Assembly: GCA_028534125.1 (NCBI GenBank) | Contig: CM052832.1 | Location: 19,594,001 to 19,658,000, forward strand | Source of the DNA: Lama glama | Taxonomy: Eukaryota | Direction: 5' to 3' | Length of the DNA stretch: 64,000 bases | Shown here: piece by piece, positions 37,660 through 50,520 of the stretch | How positions within the stretch are numbered: the stretch's first letter is position 1 | Layout: the number at the start of each line of letters is the position of its first letter | Notes under the pieces: model-generated | What the model was told of the DNA's origin: nothing | The model's database searches: none | Seen by the model: only the letters and a program-made list of their open reading frames with translations | Translations under genes and position numbers: made by a program

Positions 37660-39488
37660 TTTTCTTCTTTATTTTTTAATTTACATACACTAAAATTCAC
37701 TCCCTTTGATGTAAGTCAGTGAGTTTTGACAAATACACACAGTTGTGTAACTACCACCATAATCAAGATAGAGAATACTAGTGCCATTACCCTAAAAAAC
37801 TCTCTTCTGTTGTCCTTTTGTAGTTATACTCTCCCTTGACCCTTAAACCCTTGATACAATTCCTTTGCCAGATATGTAATTGGCAAATATGTCCTCCCAG
37901 TCTATTACTTTACAAAAAATTCTCTGAACAACATCTTTCACAGAGTAAAATTTTTGAATTTTGATGAGATCATTTTTTCTTTCATAGATCATGCCTTTGC
38001 TGTCAAATATAAGGTCTTTTACTAACCTGAAGTTACACAGATTTTCTCCCATAATTTCTTCTAAAAGATTTATAATTTCAGGACTTTGCATTTAGGCCTA
38101 TAATCTATTTTTAAATTAATTCTGTAAAACAGATGAGGCTTAGGTTGAGACTCTTGTTTTGAAAATGGATATCCAGTTGTTCTGGCAGCATTTGTTGAAA
38201 ACACTGTCCTCTTCATTTAATTGCCTTTGCAGCTGGGTCAAAAATCGATTCACTGTAATTTTGGATTTCATGGTTGAGACTCTCTATTCTGTCCCATTGA
38301 TTTATTTATTTCTTCTTTCATCAAAACCACACTGCTTTGATTACTGTGGCTTGGAGTAGGATGTTATGAGTCTTCTAATTTATTCATATTTTCAAAATCG
38401 TTTTTGGTATTTGAGTTCCTTTGACTCCAGTGTAAATTTTGAAGTCAGTTTGCCAATATTTGCAAAAAGTTAGCTGATGTAGATTGAGATTGCATTAGAT
38501 CTATACACCAAATGGGGGCCATTGACATCTTAATAATACCAAGTTTTTCAATCCATGAACATTATCTCTCCTTTTATTTAGATCTTCTTTATTTTTTACC
38601 CATGTTTGGTAGTTTTCAGCATACAGATCCTACACGTTTTGTTGGATTTATACCTAAGCTTCATTTTTTGAGTGCTGTTTTAAATGTTTTTTTAAAATAA
38701 TTCAAGTTCCAATTATTTATTACTGACATATAGGAATATAATAAACTTTTGTAAATTGACTTAGTATCCTGCTATCTTGCAATATTCACTAATTTGACCA
38801 AGGAGCTAGTTTGAAGACTATTTTGAATCTTTTACATACACAGTCATGTCTGTGAATAAAGACAGTTTTATTTCTTTCTTTCTAATCTGTATGCCTTTTA
38901 TTTCTTTTCATTATTTTATTGTACTGGCTAGGACTTATAGTATGATGTTGAATAGCAGTGATGAGAGAGGACATCTTTGCCTTTTTCTAGATCTTAGGTG
39001 GAAAGCATTTAGTCTTTCATCATTAAGTATGATGTTAACTGTATTTTTTTTGTAAATATCCTTTACTAAGTTCTCTTTTATTTATAATTTGGTAATAGTT
39101 TTTATCATAAAGGGATGTTGAATTTTATCAATGTTTTTCTGCATCTATTGAGAGAGATGCTAATACAATTTTTCTCAGTCTGCTAATATGGTAAGTTATA
39201 TTGACTGATTTGTGAATGCTGAACCAGCCTTTCCTTCTTTAGATGAATCCCACTTGGTTGTGATGTAGTCATTTTTAATATAATGCTGGATTTTGATTTG
39301 CTAATGTCTTCTTGAGGATTATTGTATCTATATTCACGAGGGATATTGCTCTCGAGTTTTCTTATAATCTATCTGTCTTTGGTATTAGAATAATGCAGGT
39401 CTCGTAAAATGAGTTGAGAAAAGTTGTTCCTCTTCTATTTTCTGGATGATATTGTAGAATTGATATAATTTCTTCATTAAATGTTTAG
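37660..39488 (-). mobile_element. Old L1 (L1MC-like): 3' UTR plus about 1.6 kb of decayed ORF2
   Basis: 3' end tacactaaaattcac...gagttttgacaaatacacacagttgtgtaactaccaccataatcaagata. ORF2 remnants on the minus strand (ORF 37843-38091: LLEEIMGENLCNFRL..DLIKIQKF..WEDIFANYISGKG) and antisense ORF2 text such as atggatatccagttgttctggcagcatttgttgaaa. Confidence 0.9.
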
Positions 39489-39519
39489 TTTTTTACCCCT
39501 TCATGTAAAACATAGAAAT

Positions 39520-39900
39520 CCCCTTTCCTCTCTGGTAACCATAAGATTTTTTATATGTCTGTGAGTCTATTTCTGTTTTGCAAATAGTTAATTTGTATCA
39601 TTTTTTTGGTTCTACATGTAAGTGATATTGTATGATATTTGATCTGTCTGACTTACTTCACTTAGTATGATAATTTCTAGGTCCATGTATGTTACCACAA
39701 ATGGCATCATTTCATTCTTTTTATGGCTGAGTAATATTCTATTGTATATATAAACCACATCTTCTTTATCCATTAATCTGTCAGTGGACATTTGGGTATT
39801 GTAAATAGTGCTGCTGTGAATATTGGGGTACATGTATCATTTTGGAATTAGAGTTTTTGTCTTTTCCAGATATGTGCCCAGAAGTGGGATTGCTGGATCA
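39520..39900 (-). mobile_element. Second, younger L1 3' segment (cetartiodactyl/L1MA9-like)
   Basis: tctggtaaccataag...tgtctgtgagtctatttctgttttg...gacttacttcacttagtatgataatttctaggtccat...ggctgagtaatattc...gaagtgggattgctggatca. Confidence 0.85.
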
Positions 39901-39959
39901 CCTACAATCCAATTTTAAGTATGCAGAAATAGACAACAGTCTGGAATAGTGAAGCAATC

Positions 39960-40110
39960 TATATCCTTGAATGACCATCTGAAGCAGAGCCACCCTACCA
40001 ACTAAAATTCTTCATCTTTGTATGAGTAAAAATAATTCTATTTTTAAAGCTGTTAAATTTTGGGGTCTTTTTGTTAAAGTGGCTTAGTATTTAGCTTATT
40101 TACCCCAACT
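39960..40110 (+). mobile_element. MLT1-type LTR 3' fragment
   Basis: gaagcagagccaccctacca...tttaaagctgttaaattttggggtctttttgtta. Confidence 0.45.
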
Positions 40111-40999
40111 GAAAAGAAGGTCCTTTTGTCTCAATGTTATTGAGATTCACCTACAAGAAGTCTAATGGGATCAAACACTGGATGGGGCTATGTATAGAGC
40201 TGTCTATTTCTGCCATGGGAAAGGTTATAAAACAGAGTGAGAGCACACCCTCAATTTTCCTGGAGCAACAATGTTTCCTGCACATTGAAATTTTTTGCAG
40301 CATCTCCCTCTCTTGGGCCAGTTTAGAGATCTGGATTGCTTGGACTGCATTTTCTCAACTACTGGTAATGAGCAGAAAAGAAAGTATTATCTGGGCATGT
40401 TTGATAGAAACTGAGAGGACATCTCAAACTCTTTGGTAGGTCTCTTTCACAGTGTCCTAAAATTTCTATTTCATTACAATTAAAGAAATTTAAGTATGAA
40501 TAAACACAGAGAAGGCAGTCTTCTCAAATTTTGGACAGACCCTAAAGCATGGTGCCTGTGTAAATCTTAGTTAGAGCTGGTAAAAATATGAACAGATTAG
40601 AGAATATATGCTTTTCTGTCTTGGGTTTGAATAGTATGTACATCAAGAGATCATAACTAAGAAATAAATTCAGTAAACTCCAATAGACTTGAATTCCTAA
40701 ACACATGGGAGTGGACCAGTTATAGGAGGAACTGCTGTCATTTGGAGGCCTAATAATAGTAGGCAGTTAAAAAAGAAAACAACTAACAATACACACACCC
40801 ATACACACACACACACACACAACATCCAAACGGGATTTTTTTTTAACCATACAGAGTTTCATTACCAGAAAACATAAATGAATAACTCCTACCATTCTTT
40901 TCCTCTTTTTTTCCTTTCTCCCTCTAAATTCACTATGGCTTGGGTACTATCCCTTCAGCAAACAAAGCCTTCTGGCATTTTGTAATACCGGGAAGATGA

Positions 41000-41515
41000 G
41001 TACATTCTGTAATCTGGCTGATTTCACAGATAACTAGATGTGTGCACATGTGCTTCAGAATACATGTACACGTACATCAGTCTTGACAGATCATTGTTGT
41101 ACTAGCCCAGATTGAAAACAATCTGAATGGCCATCAAAAGTAGAATGGGTAAGAAGTTATGTTATTTTCTTACAGAAATATAGAGCAATGGACATGAATA
41201 AATCTCAGGTGTACACAACAACTTGGATTTATCGTGTAAATATAATGTGGACCAAAAGAAACAAGACTGAAAAGAATAATAGAGTAATAATATTTCACTT
41301 ATATAAAGTCCCCAAACTCAGCCAAACCATATCATTTAGTGATACATTCATAAATAGTAGTAGGACTATGCAGAAAAGCGAGGAAGTGATTGTCTCATAA
41401 ATGAAAGTGGTGATAATCTCTGATGGGTATGGAGGAATTTGTCATTGGAAAGGGACAAAGATGGGGCTTCTGAGGGTGCTGCCCATGTTCTACTTCTTGA
41501 CTTGTTTGTGGTTAC
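41000..41515 (+). mobile_element. L1ME-type 3' region
   Basis: gaaaacaatctgaatggccatcaaaagtagaatggg...atggggcttctgagggtgctgcccatgttctacttcttgacttg...gtggttac. Confidence 0.75.
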
Positions 41516-42020
41516 TGTGTGTGTTAATTGTCTATTGCTGTATAACAAATTATTTCAAAACTTAGTGATTTAAAACAACACAAATTTATAACCTCACAGC
41601 TTGTGTGGGTCAGAATTCCAGGCACAGCTTAACTAGGTACTGGCCTTCAGAATTTTTTCACGACTGAAATCAAGGTGTTGCTTGGGGCTGCGACCATCTC
41701 AAGATTCTACTAGGGCAAGATTCTCTTCTAAGTTCATTTAGTAATAATTGAGAAAATTCAGTTCCTTGGTGGTGGTTGGTCAGATGCCACTCTCCGATGG
41801 TCCTGTCCATCAAAGCACACATACAAAAAGGCTACACAGAGAATACCAGCAAAATGGAAGTTATAGTTATTTATAAGCTAATTTCAGAGTTGATGTCCTA
41901 TCACTTTTGCTATGATGTTCATTACAAGCAAGTCACTAGATCCAACTCACATTCAAAGTAGGGGATTACACAAGAGTGTGAATACCAGGAGCTGGGGATT
42001 ACTGGGAGCCATTTTCTTTT
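41516..42020 (-). mobile_element. MaLR solo LTR (MLT1F-like)
   Basis: tctattgctgtataacaaattatttcaaaacttagtgatttaaaacaacacaaatttataacctcacag...ggggattacacaagagtgtgaataccaggagctggggattactgggagccatttt. Confidence 0.85.
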
Positions 42021-42289
42021 TTTGTAGTTCTGTCATATTTGCTATAAATCTTGTCAACAACTGCAACAACATTGTATTAAACATGGTTGCATGTCTGCTC
42101 TCCTGATAAACACTGGTCTTCTATATGGGCACTAAGGCCTTATTCCAGATAGAAGGAAAAAAATGGCCTGAGACTGACTGACTTTTGTAGGTCTCGGTAC
42201 CTAGGCTGTGAATTGCCCCACAAGCTCTGCTAATTCATAATCGATGAAATTTGGCATCTGAGGCTCTTCCTTTTAGTACAACTCTATGG

Positions 42290-42440
42290 TAGTGCGTCTC
42301 AAATTGTAAAGAGAATCTTGCTAAATGAAGATTGTTATTCAGTGGGTCTGGGGCAGCACGCTGAGATTCTGTATTGTTAGCATGTGCTCAGATGATGTGA
42401 GTGGTGTTGGTCTGAGGACTACCTGAATACAGGGCTCCAG
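42290..42440. mobile_element. MER5-family fragment
   Basis: attcagtgggtctggggcagcacgctgagattctgtattgttagcatgtgctcagatgatg...ggtctgaggactac. Confidence 0.65.
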
Positions 42441-42789
42441 GCTAGACTGAGTGGCTGTAGCGCGAAGGCTCTGTCCTAGTACCACATATCTGAACCAGGC
42501 TTACCTTTGTTACAGAGTGATAGGTGATCTAACCATGTGATTTGGGAACTAGAACCTTAAGACCTTCTTTTACTACTGGCTTGTTGATTAATCTCTGATG
42601 TCTTGTTATTTAAGAACCTTTTTGGTTAAGACATGACAGATCCAATGACTCCGTATTAGGAGTATCCCTAGAATGGTGGGTATCATAGCCGTTAATCCTT
42701 GAGTTGCATATGAAATTCAATAGTAGAGAATATGTCCCTGAGAAAATAGTAGACAAGCCTCTCCAATTTTAACGTAAAAAGGGAGAAAT

Positions 42790-43456
42790 TTTTCTGGAAG
42801 TCTCATATTCTGCTGCTGAAAGTATAAATTGAAATAACCACTTTGGAAACTGTTTGGCATTATTTAGTAAGGATGAACATAAGTATATTTTATGACCAAA
42901 ATTTTAAAAATATATTAATATATTTTAAGAAAAATAGTATATGTAAAACACATATACACATAGACATATACACATAGACATATACACATATATATGTCTA
43001 CTAAAATACATGAATTGAGTGTCCATAGTAGGGCTATTCATAATAACCCCATACTGGAAGCTATCCACATGTCCATCTGGATGAATAAATTGTGGCATAT
43101 TCATATGAGATATGTGTTTATAAAAATGAAAATAAATGATCTATAATCATGCAACAATATGAATGAATGTCACTAACAAAATGCTGAGCTCAAGAAACCC
43201 AACACAAGAGTTCATACTGTATGATTCCAATAATACCAAGTACAAAAGAGGCAATCTTTGCTGTTAGAAGCCAGAATACTGTTTACCATTGGTGAGTGAT
43301 ATTTCTGAAAGAAAATACAAAAGGAGCTTTGGGGGGTAATAGGATTCTTCTTCATAATCTAAGTGCTCGTTACATGGGAGTTTCTGGTTTAGAAAAATTC
43401 ATTGAGCCATCTCTGCAATTTTCTGTATGAGTGTTATACTATCATAAAAGATTAAA
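42790..43456 (+). mobile_element. L1ME/L1MD-type 3' region
   Basis: agtataaattgaaataaccactttggaaactgtttggcattatttagtaa...atgaataaattgtggcatattcata...catactgtatgattcca...tttctgtatgagtgttatactatcataaaag. Confidence 0.8.
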
Positions 43457-44363
43457 GAATACATACACATAGAGAGTGGTCAGGGTTGGACCTAGGATTG
43501 CTGCAGGAGGTAGGAATATACAAATGGGAGTAATTGTGGGACACGCCCACATTTAATTCTCTTTTTGGGCCAATTATTTGTATAACAAACTCTATTTTCT
43601 GGGGGTGATTTTGTGGGCATATAGGTCAATGTTATATGACCTATATTCTGTGACATGATTCAAATATAATACTGAAAATTTAAAGTATTTCTTTCTATCC
43701 TGGTTTTCATCTTCACAAAGGATTTTAGGCAACTTGAAATAACTGTGGGTCAATTGCCTGGTGACCAAGTCCTTTGAGAAAAGTCAAGTGAAATAATTAG
43801 AGCAAAACATCAATAAAAATTACCTTTGATAATTTTCTAAAATTAGAAGAGCTGTCTGCACCATCCAATATCCCAAATAATTATCAACTTCACTTTTTTG
43901 TGCCCTATGTTCTGTTATTGATTCTTAACATATTAACTATGCATGACCTTGAGCAAATCATCAAATCTCTCTGCACAACTCCAATTGCAAGAGTAACTCA
44001 GTTACCTTGACTTTTTGTTACAGTTAGAGCAGTTGTTACTCTAGAGCAGTTAGAGCATTTGAGGTTATCTTGATTTTTTTTTTGTTGTTTATTTATTTTC
44101 AGATTCCCTCTGTTTCAAATGTTTAAGCTCCTTAACTCTCTCTTTTATTCATTGCAGTTTTTCTAGTGCTAGAACAGCACATGACACGTGGTAGAAAAAC
44201 AGTTTATTTAATCAATGAAAAAGCTGGACTAGATTACCAAGTTCTTTCTAGCTATAACTTCCTGGAACTCTAATAATGTACAAGTGATTCTGTAGGTCCA
44301 GAAAGGACTCATGAATGAACCAAGCTGTGATTCCAAAATGAGAAAAAAGGCTGAAATATAAGA

Positions 44364-44903
44364 CGGTGATTCTCAGAGCATAGTCTAGGAACACCTGGGG
44401 GTTCCAACAACTCTTTCAGGAGTGCATGAGATCAAAACTATTCTAATAATAATGCTAAGACATTATTTTTAGTCATGATCCTTATCATCTAATGAGTATA
44501 CAGTGGAGCATCTCATGAGTATACCATGGAGTTTCCAGAGGCTACATGACATATGACATTGGGACAGACTGAATGAAGCGGCAGATATTAGAATCCTGCT
44601 GTCTTCTATTATGCTAAATGCTAGAGAGACTTGCAAAAATGTAAACCATTGATACTCTTCTTGCTATTTCTTTAAGGAAAATACAGTTTTTTTAAAAAAA
44701 TGCTTTTAAATTAACATATAATGGGTTTAGAGTTGTTATTTTTAAATTAATAAATATGTTAATTTAAATAAACTAATAAATATTATAATTTCTAATGTTA
44801 AATGTAAATTGATATAACCCACGTAAAACAAAGTTCTTTGCAGGTCCTCAGTGATTTTTAAGAGCTTAAATGTAGCCTGGGACAAAAAGTTTGAGGACAG
44901 CTG
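44364..44903 (+). mobile_element. hAT-Charlie non-autonomous element (Charlie4a/MER119-like), about 540 bp, both ends present
   Basis: Degenerate TIRs cggtgattctcaga / tttgaggacagctg; internal gagatcaaaactattctaataataatgctaagac, gtttccagaggctacatgac, gaatcctgctgtcttctatta; internal 23-bp duplication near 44486-44531. Confidence 0.75.
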
Positions 44904-45924
44904 ATTCAGGGAGCCATTCACAGGAAAGAAGAGGAAAGGGCGGATGGCCTGGGATAGGCTAACAAGCTCGGAATAACTCTTTTCGTCTTACCCTTTTCTC
45001 CTCCAGGCTGTGACCCTGCTCTGTCATCTGCCCCCTTAACAATGCATCCTACCCAATTCTGTTTTCTAGAAACCTCCATCACTGTAGTTCTCTTCCTGTT
45101 AGTTGCTGAGATAGCAACAGTATGATAGGAAATTATTCCATTTCTTTTTAGCAAACGTCCACAGAACGTATATATCAAATGTTGCTGTTTGTTTGGCCAG
45201 GAGGGTTCCTCTCGCCTGGCTTTTACAATGCTCTCCATTTTCCAGGGCTGACTGAGAGTTCCATTTTCTCTGGAGAGTTGACTCCAACAGTTCAGCTGCT
45301 TTTTATCTAGTGCAATTCAGCACATTTCAGAAGTGCCAGGGCAGCACTTTTTCATCTGTCCACACCATTTCCTACCCTGAGCAAGGAGCCCCAGGAAAGG
45401 ATAAACACAGTCGGCTGAACAGCTGCTCCCAGTGATCTTAGTTGGACATGTGTGCCTGCCATCCACTTCAGAGCCACAGTCCCTGAGGAGGTGCTGGCTC
45501 TGTTCAGATGAGTGCAAGGTTGGAGGAGGACCAGGATTTTAAAAAAGAAAGTCATTCCCAATTCCTCCTGCTTCTTTCCCCACTGTTTTTATTTGCTAAT
45601 ATAATATAATGTTTCCCTATTAAAATGCACTTTTGTTTTCAGAATTTTTAAAAGAGAATTGGATACTAAACCTGAAATTGTATTGTGATCTGGATTTATA
45701 AATAACACTGAGAAATGAGGGATGCCCCCACAGCGTCTCACCCTGTTGTGCACATAGAATGAGGCCAGTTTGGGCCAAGTTCATGTTGCATATTGATGAC
45801 AGGTTTATCTGTATACAACCTCTTCCCTCATGAAGATTCAGCTGATTTAGAAGACAATGCTATGAAGTCATTTAATAATCATATTTTCTTTTCCTCAGTG
45901 CTACAAGTTGATGCCATGCAAATA

Positions 45925-46110
45925 GTATGAGGTCTAGAGGTTAAGAACCTTGATTTAAGTCCCATACTGTGACTTTGGACAAGCCACTTAACAGTTTTGA
46001 GTTTCATTTTTTTTTCTTAGTAGCAAATCTAGGATAATACTATCTAGTTCATAGAATAATTGTAAATTGCATTAAATATATTTGAAATAATTTCTCAATG
46101 ATAAAGCATT
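45925..46110 (+). mobile_element. MIR
   Basis: ctgtgactttggacaagccacttaacagttttgagtttca...aggataatactatct. Confidence 0.6.
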
Positions 46111-46685
46111 CATGGGCTTAACATTTTTTTTTAGTTATATTACTGTCATTTGTGAGTTTTTATTTAGCCACTGCTATTACTGTAGCTCTACAAGATAAAT
46201 TTCATTTTTATTCTAAGGATAATAGCTCTCAACTCTTCCACATCTGCCTGCTCTTGAAGTGAAAATTAGCAAGTATCATCGTTCCTCCCTGAAGTTCAAG
46301 TGGACTCCGACACTCTCAAATTAAGTTTATAATTTTCAAAATTCCCTTGAGAAATTGAAAAGTAGAAGAAGCTCACTTTTTTTGGTGTTTCTGTACTTAC
46401 AAAGGAAAGACACAAAAGAGCGAAAAGAGGCTTTTGCTCTGAGGAGTGCAATATGTCAGCTTGAGTCCTTCTCATTTGACTCCCAACTTTTCCAGACAGC
46501 TTTCTTAACATGGTGGCGCATTGGCTTCTGTTGTCTTAAATACCGCTTTTTGTGATTTTGTTCAGCTAGAAATGTGATAGCATAACAATTAAAGATGTGA
46601 ATTTTGGAGTTTGATGTACCTGAGTTTGGGTTACAGATTGGTCCTTTATCAGCTCTATGACCTTGGGCAGGTTGTGTAACCTAAA

Positions 46686-47313
46686 TGTATCAGGTTCCTA
46701 TTGCTGCTGTAACGAACACTAAACACTTAGTGGCTTAAAGCAACACTGGTTTATTATCTCACAGTTCTGTCTGTAGGCCTGGTTCGTCCAGCTCAGCTGG
46801 TTTCTCTGCTTCAGGTCTAACAAATTTAAAAGCAAACTGCTGATTGAACTATTATTGGCAGATTCTGGGAAGAATCAGTTTCCACGCCTATTCACGTTGT
46901 TGGTAGAATCTTGTTCCTTATGGTTGTAGGACTGAGGTCCTATTTCCTTGCTGGCTGTTAGCTGGGGGTGCCCTTAACTCTTAAGGGCCTCTCTCTGGTC
47001 CTTGCATGCAAAGCCCTACACCTCAAAGCCAGCAGTGGTGCATCAGATCCTTCTCATGCTTGAAATCTCTTTGACTTCCTGTTTTGCCACAACTTTTCTC
47101 CTTCTAGCCAGAGAAAATTGTCTGCTTTTAAGGACTCAGATGATTAGATTGGGGATAACTGTGGATAATCTCTCTACTTTGAGGTCTATCACCTTAATTA
47201 CATTTGCACAGTAAATGTAACTACAAAGTGCATTACCATGTAATGTAACATAACCACAGGTTCCAGGGATTAGGATATGGACATCTTTGGAGCCTGCTAT
47301 TCTGTCTGCTACA
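46686..47313 (-). mobile_element. MaLR solo LTR (MLT1E-like), full length 628 bp
   Basis: TG...CA termini (tgtatcagg...ctgctaca); near-perfect 5-bp TSD ctaaa/ctaag; cttagtggcttaaagcaacactggtttattatctcacagttctg. Confidence 0.9.
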
Positions 47314-47332
47314 CTAAGTTTGATTTCTTGTA

Positions 47333-47817
47333 CAGGCATACCTCGAGATATTGTGGGTTCAGTTCTAGACCGCTGCAAAAAAGTGAATATTGCAATAAAG
47401 AAAGTCAGATGAATTGTTTGGTGTCCCAGTGCATATAAAAGTTATGTTTACACTACCATGTGGTCTGCAATACCATTGTGTTAAAAAAAAAACACACATA
47501 CACACACACTATATATACCTTAATTAAAAAATACATTATTGCTAAAAAATGGTGACCATCATCTGAGCCTTCAGCAAATCATAGTAGTAACATCAAAGAT
47601 CACAGATCACCATAACAAATGTAATTATAACAAAAAAGTTTGAAATATTGCAAGAATTACCAAAATGTGACACAGAGACATGAAGTGAGCAGATGCCGTT
47701 AGGAAAAATGGTATCGATAGACTTGCTCAACACAGAGTTGCTACAAACTTTCGATTTGTAAAAAACAACATCTGTGAAGCACTATAAAGCAAAGCACAAT
47801 TAAATGAGATATGCCTG
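47333..47817 (-). mobile_element. Tigger1 internal-deletion derivative (Tigger1a_Art-like), 485 bp
   Basis: TIRs caggcatacctcg / tgagatatgcctg with TA target duplication on both sides; both Tigger1 subterminal regions are present without the transposase. Confidence 0.92.
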
Positions 47818-48569
47818 TAAATAAAAGCTTGATATTCATGCCTTCCCCACAGGGCAATTGTGAGGATTAAGTGAAAGAATGTTTCTGAAGTTCAGTGTGC
47901 TAATAAACCTCGTTGGATTTCTAAAAGCTACCATGTCACATTTAAATCTTGATCGTATATCCTCTATAATTTCACAGCGTATTAGTGATCCTACCTGTTT
48001 CTTCTCCTCAGTATGCCACACCAGTCTCTTCTGATCTTGTAAGGCAGGTGTCCTTTTAGCATCTTGTGACTATTCTGTTTTCTGTAATTTCACTTATGCT
48101 TCTCCTCGTGTTTAATACCTTCACCCTCTTTTCTAGCTTTATATTCTAAAACCTTTAGTGCAAACCTCACCTGTTTTCTCAGTCTACCATGATTATCCCC
48201 AAACATGCTGCTCTGTCTCTGCTAAATACCTAGAAAGCTTCCATTCTGGACCACACCATTCTACTTTAGATCTGAAAGAGTTTGTTTCCCTCCTTCCCCT
48301 GCCCTTAATTCCCAATGTGTCTGACTTGGTCTTGAGTATGCATCAGAATTCTATATTTACCACCTATCATTGGTGTTTGGTGTGATGACTTCAGGTAGTG
48401 CAAGAAGACAATATTAGACAACAAAAATTCACATAGCAAGAAAGTGATTCTCTTTTCTGTTCTCTTTCAATTCTTCTGAATGTGTAAAAGATTAAGTCTC
48501 AGTTTGATCTTTAACATCTCTCTAATACTTTTTTTCTCTTTAAGACAAAGAAAAAGAAAAGCTTTCCAG

Positions 48570-48772
48570 AGGCAATAATAGTTAGCTCAATGTAATAATG
48601 TAATTATTTTGTTTATATGATACATTTATATATTACAGGTAATTACATTAATTAAATATGCATGCAATTAACTACATATAATTAATTCTAATTATGTAAT
48701 ATATAACATATGTAATATATTATATATCTTATATAATATTATATTGAAATCTCTATTTGTCTATATATATAC
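48570..48772. repeat. AT-rich low-complexity tract
   Basis: Near-pure A/T with tata/atta iterations. Confidence 0.8.
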
Positions 48773-48849
48773 AGTGGGTATCATTCAGGCTATGATATAG
48801 ATACAAGAGAATTCCTAGAAGTGGTAAATGGATGACTGGTCAAAGCTGA

Positions 48850-49075
48850 GTTCACTGACTGTTGTAGAAAGTTGGATCTGAGTTCTGTCATTTACATGCT
48901 TGTGTGCTTAGGCCAGAGACTGGACGTCTCTGAGCATTGGTTTCCTCACTCGTGAAATGAGACTATTACTAAGTGTTCCATGGGGTATACTAGTGAAATT
49001 GGGATGAGATAAACTATGTAAGGCACTTGGCACAGTGGCCAGTACGAGGTGACTTCTCAACGACAGTGTCTGTTA
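48850..49075 (+). mobile_element. MIR
   Basis: tctctgagcattggtttcctcactcgtgaaatgaga...gatgagataaactatgtaaggcacttggcacagtggcc. Confidence 0.75.
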
Positions 49076-49969
49076 CACCCCTTACTGGTTGGTGTTCTTC
49101 CTGAGGCTGATCTTTGCCTACTGTTTATTCGTGGTCAGGTTGTCCTTGAGAGGTGAGTATTCAAATATATCTCCAATTTCCCAAACATGCCATCTTCATA
49201 TGTATTCTTTTTTTTCCCATCTAGTAACTGAAAATAAGGAAGATATTGCTAGAAATAGTCTTTTGCACTCCTTTTTTTGTGGCTTCTTCTCCCTGATCTC
49301 AGGATAGGATATAAGATTTCTCACTGAGATTTTACAGGGCTGTATTAAAATGTCTGCATAATAAACACCTGCTTGGGTTCGAGGCTTCCTTCTCAGATGC
49401 TTTCTTGAAACAAATGAAACTCAACATGAAACTTGGAGTGAAAGCTAGAGCCCTATCTGGTTGTTAGAGGTCACCGCCCACACCAGCGTCTGTCTGACAA
49501 CTCAGGTGCTTTAACTTCCAAGAGAGATGAATGTAAGATGATCCCTGAAGAGGTGAAGCAAGCATGCTTGTGCACTGTTGTGGTTCTGCTTTGGCTAACT
49601 GCTAAGTTACACAAATGTCTTCGTCATGAATGTCATCATTTAACTTCTGTAAGTGATTTTTGCAAAAAAAAAAAATCTGTTTCACAATTCGAAGGAAAGA
49701 AACAAATTGTTGCCTTCACATTTCATTCTGATATCTGGTCTGTTGGGTTCAGGAAAATCTGACCTCTGACCAGAGATAGTGTACTGACCTCTGGTAGTGT
49801 ACTTGATATTCAAAGCCCTTCCCCCACACCGAACCCTGCCCCCTCCCCCCAATCCCAAAATAAACAAAACTCCAAAGGGCAAGAAAAAGTCTTTTTAAAC
49901 AGTCTTTGAATTTCCATTATTAGAAATCCAAGGATATTTAGTGAAACCATTTTTTTTTGTCAAAATGCA

Positions 49970-50210
49970 ATTAAAAGAACTTATATTTTGGAGTCAGATT
50001 TGCCTGGATTAGAATCCCTGCACTACCATTGGACTGTGAGTAGTCTCTTCGTTTCTGAGGCTCAGCTTCTTCAACTGTAAAAAGAATGACTAGTGCCTGT
50101 GTTGCGGTACCTACCTACATAGTTCTAAATCATTAGATGAGATTCTGTGATAGAGTACTTAGTTCCAGGTACCTAGTGCACATCAGGCCCTCAGGAATTA
50201 ACAGTTACCA
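49970..50210 (+). mobile_element. MIR
   Basis: tttggagtcagatttgcctggattagaatccctgcactacca...tctgaggctcagcttcttcaactgtaaaa. Confidence 0.75.
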
Positions 50211-50514
50211 CTGCTGCTCTCTTGAAGAGGGTTAGGTCAGTTACTATTATGTTTTGTACATTAGTAAATCAAACTTTTCCATGGTTATGGCTAAGGAGAG
50301 TGCTCTAAAGCCATAAAAATGAGTTTTGTTAGAGAATGAAAGAAGACTCTCTAAGACAAAGAGTACTTAAGGGAAATCTTCAAGACAGATTGTAAGGGTC
50401 ACTGGTAGAAAAGCTAAGATACACTTTGTCCCCTTACATATCTGATTTGATCTAGCTTGGGGCAGAGTTGCAGAGAAGGTCCCAGGCCAGGGAACTTCTA
50501 GCCATTGGACTTAC

Positions 50515-50520
50515 CTGCAA
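50515..50520 (-). other. Candidate recursive splice site or 6-nt microexon
   Basis: Minus strand reads: long C/T tract ...cctcctcttcgtattgtttttcAG TTGCAG GTAAGT, a strong acceptor directly adjoining a perfect CAG|GTAAGT donor. Confidence 0.35.

Larger units (their letters stand above)
46578..47907 (+). mobile_element. One MIR split into three pieces (46578-46685, 47314-47332, 47818-47907)
   Basis: 5' part ends ...gaccttgggcaggttgtgtaacctaaa; middle ctaagtttgatttcttgta; 3' part cacagggcaattgtgaggattaagtgaaagaatg; pieces are collinear with the MIR consensus. Confidence 0.7.

Noticed and set aside
44918..45238. 106-aa minus-strand ORF and a strong plus-strand acceptor (cttttctcctccAG at 45005-45006)
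   Set aside because: The ORF is unrecognisable and the acceptor has no convincing downstream donor.
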